DNA of 64,000 nt from Patescibacteria group bacterium (GTDB lineage: Bacteria; Patescibacteriota; Microgenomatia; UBA8517), in the NCBI GenBank assembly GCA_035692185.1, contig DASSIE010000010.1, forward strand, positions 2,879 through 66,878. Direction: 5' to 3'. Position numbers and translations under genes: made by a program. Shown here one piece after another: positions 1-8,820 of this stretch. Numbering within the stretch: the stretch's first letter is position 1; each line of letters starts with the position of its first letter. The notes beneath the pieces are model-generated. The model was not told the DNA's origin. It saw nothing but the letters and a program-made list of their open reading frames with translations, and ran no database searches.

Positions 1-1011
1 GTACTTCTTTTTGGCTTGTTTATTTTGGGTATTAAAAAATTGTATTTTGATAAGGACCGAAAGATATTAATAATATTCATATTCTCGCTACTGATCTCTC
101 TCTCAATTTTCATACCCCAAAGTAGGTCCGCATCGCAACTTCTTGAAGTTAACCCAATGTGGTTAGTAAATACCATGATTGATGCAGGGGACAGAGTTGG
201 GATACCTGATTTTACTGCGAAAAGATTTGCTTATCTCGGAGGCCGTGAATGGTTTAAGTTTTCAATCATAGAAATAATTGGTTTAATAATATTTTTTGTT
301 GGCAATCTAGGGACAAGAATTATCGTAATTTTTGCAATAAAGAAAAGCCAGTTAAAAAGTGACCTGTTTATTTTAATATTTTCAATGATGACGATTTCTT
401 TTATACCAATTATAATTTTTACCCAAAAAGGCAACCCTTGGAATATAATTCAATTCTTTTATTATTTTATTTATTTTGCTGGACTAATGGCAGCTTACAG
501 TTTAAGAAGAATGCCTCTAGTACTTGCTATCTTAATTATCGCCGTTACCCCAATTAGCTCTATCTCTACATTTAGAAGCTGGTTATATCCAAATCCACCT
601 GCATATTTATCAATCAAAGAATCTGAGGCTTTAAATTACCTGTCAAAGAAACCAGAGGGAATAGTGCTTAAACATCCATTTGATAATATATTAAGAGATA
701 GGTTTAAAGACCCATTTCCAATTGCTGTGTATGCGGATAGCATATACGTATCAGCGTTTTCCGGCAAAAGTGTTTTTATTGAAGATGTAGAACAGCAAAT
801 AGTGTTAAATACCGATTATAAAAACAGGCTTGCTGACGCAAACAGGTTTTTTATTGAAAAAGATTTAAAATGGTCAAATAAATTCTTAATCGATAACAAT
901 ATTAGATATATTTATCTGCCAAAAATTTACAAGCTACCTATGGCAGAAGCGGAATACTCAATGGTCAAGATTTTTGAGAATGAAGATGCTAATATTTACA
1001 AAGTAATATGA
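1..1011 (+). CDS. GT-C-fold membrane glycosyltransferase, STT3/AglB-like C-terminal domain (5' truncated by window edge)
   Basis: Frame is open back to base 1. Multiple TM helices, then soluble domain ESEALNYL...SAFSGKSVFIED...IFENEDANIYKV. Clear paralog of 2739..4631 (shared GNLGxR and QxG..N..QF..YF motifs). Confidence 0.7.
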   Translation, partial: VLLFGLFILGIKKLYFDKDRKILIIFIFSLLISLSIFIPQSRSASQLLEVNPMWLVNTMIDAGDRVGIPDFTAKRFAYLGGREWFKFSIIEIIGLIIFFVGNLGTRIIVIFAIKKSQLKSDLFILIFSMMTISFIPIIIFTQKGNPWNIIQFFYYFIYFAGLMAAYSLRRMPLVLAILIIAVTPISSISTFRSWLYPNPPAYLSIKESEALNYLSKKPEGIVLKHPFDNILRDRFKDPFPIAVYADSIYVSAFSGKSVFIEDVEQQIVLNTDYKNRLADANRFFIEKDLKWSNKFLIDNNIRYIYLPKIYKLPMAEAEYSMVKIFENEDANIYKVI

Positions 1012-2189
1012 CAACACAAATAAAGAAACTATTAGTGCTGGCAATATTTTTACGCCTATTAGTAGCAGGGTTTTTATTTCACCCTGATATAAAAACGATA
1101 AACTTTCAGACTTCATTTTTAAAACATGGAGTTTTTAATATCTATTCCTATTTAGTCGAAAACAAAAAGACTCTACCGCTTAAAGATAATTTTGTTTACT
1201 TTCCACTTACATATTTTACAGTTGGAGGATACCAGTGGTTAGCATCTCCAATTTTAGGAAAAGGTTTTGATTTATGGCTTTCTGATGCTGGTTCAAATTC
1301 AGTAGTCACAAATTCCAATATTTTTAAATACTTAATTTTGTTAAAATTGCCACTTCTGGCAATGGATATTGCGATTGCGTTTCTTCTAATGAGGTTCTTT
1401 GAAACACGTGAGGATAAAGAGAAGGCGTTTATTTTCTGGCTTTTTAATCCATTTACAATAATTATCATTTATGCGTTCTCAAATATAGATATATTTTCGG
1501 TAAGTTTAACTCTTCTTTCATTTTTAATGATCAAAAAGGAAAAACTAATTTTGGCATCTTTTTTATTGGGAATCGCTGCAGGATTTAAATTATACCCACT
1601 ACTTTTTGTTCCCTTTCTCTTTTTATCAGGTCGTAATTTAAAAGAAAAAATGCTTTTAAGCGTTATTCCCCTAGTTACATTTGGACTAGTAATATTTCCG
1701 TTTGTTTCTCCTGCGTTTTTTCAGTCGGCCTTAGTTTCAGGTCTTACAACTGGGATTTTTATGTCGGATTTTGCGGTATTGGCCTTGTCGCTTCTATTTT
1801 TCTATGCCGTGTTAATTGACAAGAAAATTAATACATTTAATTATTGGATCATACTGTTTCTAATAATTTTTTCGTTTGCATTATTTCATATTCAATGGCT
1901 ACTTTGGATCGCCCCGTTTTTAACTATATTGGCAGTTAAAAATTTAAAGCTTTCCTGGGTTATTATTATTTTAAGTATTTTGGCATTTTTAGTCCCCATG
2001 CTTTATGAAGACAGATATATGACGATTTCTCTATTTAGAGTTTATAGCACTTGGTATGATTTGCTTCCCACTCCGTTTGTTTTTATTCAGAAGGTCTACG
2101 ATCCAAGTAATTTACAAAATGTGATTCATTCTGCTTTTGCCGGAGGAAGTCTGGTTATGATTTACAAACTTTTTAAAGAATCTGTATGA
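1008..2189 (+). CDS. GT-C glycosyltransferase, GT87/PIG-M (DUF2029)-like
   Basis: Polytopic. Motifs HPDI, FVYFPL, KLPLL..DI, WLFNPF, SNIDIF, GFKLYPLL, HIQWLLW are typical of polyprenyl-P-mannose-dependent transferases. Confidence 0.65.
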   Translation: MTTQIKKLLVLAIFLRLLVAGFLFHPDIKTINFQTSFLKHGVFNIYSYLVENKKTLPLKDNFVYFPLTYFTVGGYQWLASPILGKGFDLWLSDAGSNSVVTNSNIFKYLILLKLPLLAMDIAIAFLLMRFFETREDKEKAFIFWLFNPFTIIIIYAFSNIDIFSVSLTLLSFLMIKKEKLILASFLLGIAAGFKLYPLLFVPFLFLSGRNLKEKMLLSVIPLVTFGLVIFPFVSPAFFQSALVSGLTTGIFMSDFAVLALSLLFFYAVLIDKKINTFNYWIILFLIIFSFALFHIQWLLWIAPFLTILAVKNLKLSWVIIILSILAFLVPMLYEDRYMTISLFRVYSTWYDLLPTPFVFIQKVYDPSNLQNVIHSAFAGGSLVMIYKLFKESV

Positions 2190-2782
2190 AAAAATTAATT
2201 TGGTTTACAGCAATTTTTGTTCTATTTTTAGTTTTTATTGTTCCAGGAATCCTAGCACTTGGAATTAAGTTAATACCAAACGGAGATCAGCCTGGGTATG
2301 ATTCAAACAGACGATTAAGTATTTATGGGGTTAGAGCAGTAAGCCAAAAATTCGTATCAGATAAAAATAACTTGTCTGCAGTTGGGACCTCGCTAAGAAA
2401 TCCAAATTTAAAAAACAAGAAGAATATAATTTTCAATTTATATGATCTAAATAATAATTTAATTCGAACATCAATTTTAAATGGTCAAAATGTTCAAGAT
2501 GGTGACTTTACGAAGTTTGTATTTGATCCAATTAAAGACTCCAAAGACAAAGTTTATATTTTTAACATTTCCTCCCCCGAAACAGGTCCTGAAGAAACAA
2601 CAGAAGTTTTTTACGGGCAAGACATGCCCGCCTGGATAGTTGAATATATATATGATGAGAAAATTCACACAGGAGGAATACCTATCGTCTTATATACAAA
2701 ACCCAACAGTAAATTTGAAGTAATAAAAGAAATTTATTCTAATTGGCTTTCCAGACTTCTACATCTGAATTCTCAAAGATAA
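2186..2782 (+). CDS. Membrane-anchored hypothetical protein with beta-rich extracellular domain
   Basis: ATGA overlap with upstream gene; N-terminal hydrophobic helix followed by a soluble domain. Confidence 0.65.
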   Translation: MKKLIWFTAIFVLFLVFIVPGILALGIKLIPNGDQPGYDSNRRLSIYGVRAVSQKFVSDKNNLSAVGTSLRNPNLKNKKNIIFNLYDLNNNLIRTSILNGQNVQDGDFTKFVFDPIKDSKDKVYIFNISSPETGPEETTEVFYGQDMPAWIVEYIYDEKIHTGGIPIVLYTKPNSKFEVIKEIYSNWLSRLLHLNSQR

Positions 2783-4631
2783 GTGATAAACCAATTTCCC
2801 TTGGACTTATATTTGGCTTTTGAATCTTCGGAAAATAAACTATATTTGCGTTTGTTTTAGAAAAAGCCTTATCAACATCGCTCGCCCCTTTGCTTTCGAA
2901 AAATAACCTTTTTATTTCAAGTCTACTTTTGTAATCATATCCCATTATGTCGTTTTGTTCGTAATCGTCCATATAAACTCTTCTTGAACTAAAGGTTGGT
3001 ATATATGAAGTGTCAAACCAATCCCAGATATTTGGGGTAGAATCTTTTAGGTTAAGGTCTGAGTTATATGGCGGGGTTAAGATAACATCGTTTTCATTTG
3101 TATTTTCTTTAACAAACCTTAAAGCTTCTAATTCGTTTTTTGATATTTTTGCAAATGCAGGACGTGAATATAGTTCATGATACAAACCAGCTTGAGTAGG
3201 AACCATCAGAACAACCAATAATGTGGAAAACAAAATCTGATAAACAGGGTACTTGAGTAGTTTTAAAGAATAATTTGTCGAAATTCCAGCTAATATTCCA
3301 AATAGTAATACAAAATACTGTAAGAATTGACTAGTGTTGCCCGCAACTCCCCTTTGTAGAAAAAGTAGTGGGAGAACTATAGATAAAATTATTACGAGCA
3401 TAAAAATTAAAGAAAAGTAATTTTTGAAAGATAATTTTGCTTGTTTTATAAAATCAAATAGCCCTATAAACCTCATACCCAAATTCCCAAAGAAGAAAAT
3501 TGTAAGTCCCAACCCTTCCAAAAAAATTACTCTTTTTAAGTTATGTTCATAAACATATGTCTGACGTTTTAATTCCCAATCTAAAAAGTTCAAGCGAGAC
3601 GGTTCAACAATCATTGTTCTTATGTACCACCATGGCTGAAATATTAAAAATGATGCTCCACCAGAAGAGTTTGGAAAATATAAGATAGCAGCCAGTATTC
3701 CACTCAAAAAAGTAAGTAGAAGTAACTGTGGAGTTTTACGATCACCAGATTGCAAGCTTTGCTTATTTTTAATAAGTTGCCAAATTCCAGTCATCCCGAT
3801 CGCCAAAAGTAGAACAAAGCCGGCATATATCTTAAAAGCAGACAGGGTTCCAAGGAGAAGAACACAAATTGCAAAGTTGAGCTTCCCCTTTTCCCTTAGT
3901 AGTTTTAGAAGAAAATATAGCCCAGTTAAAACCAAAAAGTTAGATATTATTTGTGGTGGGTTTCCGCTTGAACTTTGGGGTTGGGTGGCCCAGAAAATAC
4001 TTTCTCCAGCAATAGTTTTATTTTTAAGGTAGGTAACTATAAAACCAAAACTTCCAGCAAAATACGTAAATACAACAGCCCAAATACTTGCACCGAAACT
4101 ACCTGTCATTCTTTTCGTCAAATAGAATGCAGAAGCACCTAAAAACAGAGAGTAAATTAGCGGAAACACTCTAAAATATAAATCTAAATTAGATATTGGG
4201 GTATATTTGCTAACCATTGCCGGTAAAACATCAGAAAAGAAATGATAATTTACAAGTTTTTGTCCTGCAAAACTTGGATTTTGAAGCGGATATCCCTTTT
4301 TAATTTCTTCCATTAAGGCAATATGCCAAGTAGCGTCATGTCCATGTGCACTCCAAAAAACAAGGTCACCATTTTGATAGGTTCCACTTGGCGAAATCAC
4401 TGCAAGCTGTATGGCAATTCCAACCACAAAAACTAAAATCGTTATAATGGTTTGGAAATCAAACTTTAATCTAATATTTCTAACCTCAGCGATAAAAGGT
4501 TTATATATCCAGATTGTAAGAATTATCGATATAGGAATAATTAGAAAAGGAATGTGTAAAACTATAAAGATGTATGAAAGTAGAGTAAGAGCTACAAAAC
4601 CGACTATTCCACCCATTAGTAATTTCTCCAT
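2739..4631 (-). CDS. GT-C-fold membrane glycosyltransferase, STT3/AglB-like architecture
   Basis: 630 aa with many TM helices. Loop HGHDATWH..NP..YHFFSD; C-terminal ELEALRFVKENTNENDVILT...FSSRRVY...IFENSDVEVWK. Confidence 0.7.
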   Translation of the reverse strand: MEKLLMGGIVGFVALTLLSYIFIVLHIPFLIIPISIILTIWIYKPFIAEVRNIRLKFDFQTIITILVFVVGIAIQLAVISPSGTYQNGDLVFWSAHGHDATWHIALMEEIKKGYPLQNPSFAGQKLVNYHFFSDVLPAMVSKYTPISNLDLYFRVFPLIYSLFLGASAFYLTKRMTGSFGASIWAVVFTYFAGSFGFIVTYLKNKTIAGESIFWATQPQSSSGNPPQIISNFLVLTGLYFLLKLLREKGKLNFAICVLLLGTLSAFKIYAGFVLLLAIGMTGIWQLIKNKQSLQSGDRKTPQLLLLTFLSGILAAILYFPNSSGGASFLIFQPWWYIRTMIVEPSRLNFLDWELKRQTYVYEHNLKRVIFLEGLGLTIFFFGNLGMRFIGLFDFIKQAKLSFKNYFSLIFMLVIILSIVLPLLFLQRGVAGNTSQFLQYFVLLFGILAGISTNYSLKLLKYPVYQILFSTLLVVLMVPTQAGLYHELYSRPAFAKISKNELEALRFVKENTNENDVILTPPYNSDLNLKDSTPNIWDWFDTSYIPTFSSRRVYMDDYEQNDIMGYDYKSRLEIKRLFFESKGASDVDKAFSKTNANIVYFPKIQKPNISPREIGLSLIFENSDVEVWKAN

Positions 4632-4637
4632 GGGTAA

Positions 4638-4643
4638 ATTATA
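4638..4643 (-). promoter_or_regulatory. -10 box TATAAT of a probably leaderless transcript
   Basis: Perfect TATAAT on the minus strand, 6 nt upstream of the ATG at 4631; no SD. Confidence 0.6.
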
Positions 4644-4658
4644 CTATATATAACTTAT

Positions 4659-6104
4659 ATGATACGCAAAACGACATTAATACTTATTGGGATTGTTTTT
4701 TTTGGCTTTTTGCTGCGAGCTTATAGAATTACATCACTTCCAATGTATGGCGACGAGCTTACGATGGTATATGACACTTATTCTATCCTTAAAACCGGAA
4801 TGGACGCGACAGGTGAGCGTATGCCACTTACATTTAGAATGGGAGCGGGGCGACCTGGAGGATATATTTATGCCTCAATTCCATTTGTGAGCATTTTTGG
4901 CCCAACCGAACTTGGCATAAGATCATTATCTGTTTTGTCTGGTTTAGGAATAATAGTTTTAATGTTCTTTTTGGCTAAAAAGCTGTTTGATAATGAGAAA
5001 ATAGGACTTATTGCTAGCTTTTTGACATCAATTTCGATGTGGGATATCTATCTCTCAAGAGGTGGTTTTGAAGCGCACTTCGCCCTCTTATTAGCCTTAC
5101 TTGGAGTTACAGCCTTTATATATAGTAAATATTTAATTTGGGCGATCGCTTGGGGACTAACAATATTTACATATCCAACATTTAAATTAACCCTCCCAAT
5201 AATTTTTCCATTATTAATTTGGTTTTGGGAACATAAATTTGGAGAACATAAATTTGGAGTACATAAAACAATAGTTAAAAATAAATTATTTGTTGCATCT
5301 TTGATAGTTCTGACGCTTTTTGGAGTGTTGGTAATTCGTGAATCTTTAAAGGGAAGAAGCGAAGAGCGTTTTTTGAGTTCGAATATTTTCTCTGACTCAG
5401 GAATGAAGGAGCAACTAATTCAAAAGATAAATGACGAGCGAAACCTATCTAGTCTTCCAAAATTTATTAAACCAGTCTTTTACAATAGACCTTACGAATA
5501 TTTTAGAATCGTATCAGAAAATTATATTGATAATTTGTCACCCGGATTCCTTTTTCTTAGGGGTGATGGTAATCCAAGACACAATTCGGGAGAGTGGGGA
5601 ATGTTATATTTTATAGAATTCCCGATTTTACTGGTTGGAATATATAAACTTTGGATTGAAAAAAAGAAAGACATAATTTTTCTTGGAGGGTGGATTCTCA
5701 TTACACCCCTGGCGACAATGCTAATGGGTGAACCGCACGCCTTAAGAAGCGATTTTATGCTACCGCCAATACTATTGATAACTTCATATACTTTATCGAA
5801 ATTCACCAGAAAACAATTTTATTTTATTTTCGGACTGATGTTTTTACAACTCATTCTTATACTAAACGCGATTTATTTTTTGTCTCCGAACAAATTTGCA
5901 AGTTTTTGGTCGGCAGATGCAAAAACCGAGTCATTGAAGGCAATTAATAGTTCAAAAAAAGATAAAAAAGTTACACTTTCTACAAAAATAGATAATATCG
6001 AATATGCGTATGAAGTTTATGCAAAAATAGATCCGAACTTGGTTATATCTCAATATGGAAAATTCCCAAAAGTTTTTGGGAGTGTTTTGATAGTGGATAA
6101 GTAA
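4659..6104 (+). CDS. ArnT/PMT-like (GT83/GT39) membrane glycosyltransferase
   Basis: PMYGDE...YSILKTGMD..G..P motif, SRGGFE, FLFLRGDGNPRH, PHALRS. Confidence 0.8.
   Translation: MIRKTTLILIGIVFFGFLLRAYRITSLPMYGDELTMVYDTYSILKTGMDATGERMPLTFRMGAGRPGGYIYASIPFVSIFGPTELGIRSLSVLSGLGIIVLMFFLAKKLFDNEKIGLIASFLTSISMWDIYLSRGGFEAHFALLLALLGVTAFIYSKYLIWAIAWGLTIFTYPTFKLTLPIIFPLLIWFWEHKFGEHKFGVHKTIVKNKLFVASLIVLTLFGVLVIRESLKGRSEERFLSSNIFSDSGMKEQLIQKINDERNLSSLPKFIKPVFYNRPYEYFRIVSENYIDNLSPGFLFLRGDGNPRHNSGEWGMLYFIEFPILLVGIYKLWIEKKKDIIFLGGWILITPLATMLMGEPHALRSDFMLPPILLITSYTLSKFTRKQFYFIFGLMFLQLILILNAIYFLSPNKFASFWSADAKTESLKAINSSKKDKKVTLSTKIDNIEYAYEVYAKIDPNLVISQYGKFPKVFGSVLIVDK
5229..5267 (+). repeat. In-frame 15-bp tandem repeat (GAACATAAATTTGGA x2 + partial)
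   Basis: Exact copies at 5229-5243 and 5244-5258, partial GTACATAAA at 5259-5267; encodes EHKFG-EHKFG-VHK. Confidence 0.9.
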
Positions 6105-6111
6105 ACATGAT

Positions 6112-7752
6112 TTACTGCGGAGAAACAATAAAATAAGCTGCGTTACCGTTTGTTAAATAAATCTTTTTAAGAAGCTCACCTTTCTTGAGATCTTTTTCAG
6201 GCAAGTTCCACGGACTACCAACGAACAAAACCCCCTTTTTGAATTTATCATCTCCCCATTCAATATGTCTAAATGTGTATTTATCAAATTTAAAATACGG
6301 ACTCTCAATATCTGTTCCCAGGGTTTTAGTCTCATCTTGATACCTCTTAGGGTCATATTTTAAATAAAAACGAACATATAGAAATGGATTAGCAACCATG
6401 TTTGGTGCATCAACACCATGTCGTTGGTCAAAAACAATCTCTTTATAATCATCTTGATGCTTTCCGATATAGAGAACTGCTTGTTTTAAACCTTCGTCGT
6501 AATATTCTCCCCTATCTCTTGGAAAATGTACTGAAAAAACCAGAAAAGCATGTATTAGATTTATGATGATAAATAAACCGTATAAAGAACTAATTAAAAA
6601 TTTTAAATATTTGTAGTTAACTGTTTTTATCCATTTAATAAATTCAATAAGTCCCAAAGTTGTTATTAATAATAGAATTGGGCCTATATGAAGAAGCCTA
6701 CCTCCATGCTGCTGATTATTGGTTAATGAGTCAGGAATAATTCCAACCAATAACCAAATAATAAAGATATTCTTATGTGGAATCTGTTTTTTAATAAAGG
6801 AAAATATACCCAGAATAAGCCAGGGTATTTCAAAAATATACAAAAGCCCCAAGCCAAAAATGTCGTATGTTGTCATGTGTAGACCGTTAAAGAAAAGAAA
6901 ATCAAAATCGATATAATTTAGATATCTTTTAAGCCAAAATATAAACAGAAGCGGTAAATCATTTATAGAATCAAAATATTTTACCAAGACATAACGGCTG
7001 AAATCGATATCATTACTTATTAGGACCATTGACAGTCTGGTTCCAGCTCCTTGGAAAAATGTCGAATAAATAAGTGGACTAACCAGTAAGAGACAAGTAA
7101 ATAAAAATAGTGCTAACCATTTGTAATTACCTTTTAATTTTTTGATATTAAAGGCAACTACTATACCTATAAATAACGGTACAAAAAACCTTTGCGCAAA
7201 AGAAGTGTACATTGTTAGTACTAAGAAAAAAGCAGACAGTAAAGAAAACCACCTTTTCCCGTCAAGAAACATCATGTAAAACCAGATGCCGAGGAATGCG
7301 AAAAGACTACCAATCAAAGGTTCATACGCAAACCTTGAGTAAAATATAAACCATGCGGAAACTGCCATTAAAAAAGATCCAACAAATGCAAGTTTTTTGT
7401 CTTTTAATATATATAGTAAAAAAAGATAAAAGATTGGAATAAATATAGTTCCAAAAAAAGCATTTGGAAATCTTACAGCAAAATCGGTTAAGCCAAGTGC
7501 CTTTATGGGTAGTAACATTAAATAAGCTGGTACTGGGTTTTTGTAGTCACCAACAGACTTAAAAACTAAAGGCAAAAATTTTCCAAATTCATCCCTGCCG
7601 GTTTTAAGTATTGAATACGCTGAATAACCAAAAGATATTTCGTCCCCGTTAAGGCTTGGAGGGTTTGCCGCAATTTTGTAGAACCTTAAAAATCCACCCA
7701 AAAAAGTAATTCCAAATAATATTAGTAAAGTTGTTAATATATTTTTCTTCAT
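6112..7752 (-). CDS. ArnT/PMT-like (GT83/GT39) membrane glycosyltransferase
   Basis: PPSLNGDE..GYSAYSILKTGRDEFG..LP..FKSVGDYK motif. Start moved to the ATG at 7752 (MKKNIL), just past the upstream stop. Confidence 0.8.
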   Translation of the reverse strand: MKKNILTTLLILFGITFLGGFLRFYKIAANPPSLNGDEISFGYSAYSILKTGRDEFGKFLPLVFKSVGDYKNPVPAYLMLLPIKALGLTDFAVRFPNAFFGTIFIPIFYLFLLYILKDKKLAFVGSFLMAVSAWFIFYSRFAYEPLIGSLFAFLGIWFYMMFLDGKRWFSLLSAFFLVLTMYTSFAQRFFVPLFIGIVVAFNIKKLKGNYKWLALFLFTCLLLVSPLIYSTFFQGAGTRLSMVLISNDIDFSRYVLVKYFDSINDLPLLFIFWLKRYLNYIDFDFLFFNGLHMTTYDIFGLGLLYIFEIPWLILGIFSFIKKQIPHKNIFIIWLLVGIIPDSLTNNQQHGGRLLHIGPILLLITTLGLIEFIKWIKTVNYKYLKFLISSLYGLFIIINLIHAFLVFSVHFPRDRGEYYDEGLKQAVLYIGKHQDDYKEIVFDQRHGVDAPNMVANPFLYVRFYLKYDPKRYQDETKTLGTDIESPYFKFDKYTFRHIEWGDDKFKKGVLFVGSPWNLPEKDLKKGELLKKIYLTNGNAAYFIVSPQ

Positions 7753-7756
7753 ATTT

Positions 7757-8818
7757 TTACGGTTCTGTAATTTGGTATTTATCACCAAAATATCTTTCGG
7801 CCCTAATTTTTTCTCGATGTTGCAAATCGTTTAATACAGTGAGCGATTGGAATATTATTAAAATAATTGTAAGAGAGAGTAAATACTTTGTTGATCTGTT
7901 TTTAGCTTCAAATAAAATATTAATGCCATGAGAAATGATAAACAGCACTATTGGAAAAAATAAAATTAAACGATTTAACGGAGCAAATTCGTTTGCAAGA
8001 ATAGCAGGAACAACTAAAACAGTTGAGATAAATAATAATTTTACAGTCTCTTTTTTTTGGAGTAACTTATATAAACCAAAGCCAAACGGTATTATAAAAC
8101 CAAATAAAATTGGCGGACTAAATGAGAAACCTAAAAGTTTATATTCGGGTGTAAAAAAGGCGATTGGACTTAAGAGCGTCGTATAGCGCAATACCAGCGA
8201 TTCTGCAAAGAATATATACTTATTTTCAGAAATTCTAGCTAAGTTTTTGAAACCATCTTGGCTTGCATTGCCTTGATAACGATTAGCCGTATTAACGAGT
8301 GAAGGATCTTCAAATATTTTTACTTCGGCACTGAAGCTACTTACATTTATATTTATAAAAATAGGAAATGTTAGTATTGCCAAAAAAATCACAGAGGTTT
8401 TGATTTGATTGAAACTAACCAACTTCGAGATTAATAGTAATAATAAAATTAGAGGAATAAATATCAAGAAGATAGAAGATATGTACATTGCAATTCCTCC
8501 AGCTACAATAATCAAAATGTTTCCCAACTTTACCTTGTCATTATTAGTCAGAATCACTCCGTAAATAACGGCGAAGGTCAAAAAGAGTAAGAACAGGTAT
8601 AATGAATGTGCGTATGCCAGGTACCACCCCCATGGTGAAACAAGGTAGATTAAGGGAGCGATTAATGAAAAAGGTTTTTTAAACAATGTTTTACTAATTG
8701 CCCAAATAAGTAGTGGAATTAAAATTGGGTAAATAATATAAAAAATATCGTTAACATTGACAATCTTATGTATTAGTTCTGCAAAAAGAAAATTTTGGGC
8801 AGTATAATAAGGAATCAT
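7757..8818 (-). CDS. Degenerate/N-terminally shortened ArnT-like membrane protein
   Basis: Shares SPW, ENKY..F and PLNR segments with neighbours but lacks the DE-containing first loop. Start probably ATG 8818. Confidence 0.55.
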   Translation of the reverse strand: MIPYYTAQNFLFAELIHKIVNVNDIFYIIYPILIPLLIWAISKTLFKKPFSLIAPLIYLVSPWGWYLAYAHSLYLFLLFLTFAVIYGVILTNNDKVKLGNILIIVAGGIAMYISSIFLIFIPLILLLLLISKLVSFNQIKTSVIFLAILTFPIFININVSSFSAEVKIFEDPSLVNTANRYQGNASQDGFKNLARISENKYIFFAESLVLRYTTLLSPIAFFTPEYKLLGFSFSPPILFGFIIPFGFGLYKLLQKKETVKLLFISTVLVVPAILANEFAPLNRLILFFPIVLFIISHGINILFEAKNRSTKYLLSLTIILIIFQSLTVLNDLQHREKIRAERYFGDKYQITEP

Positions 8819-8820
8819 AT

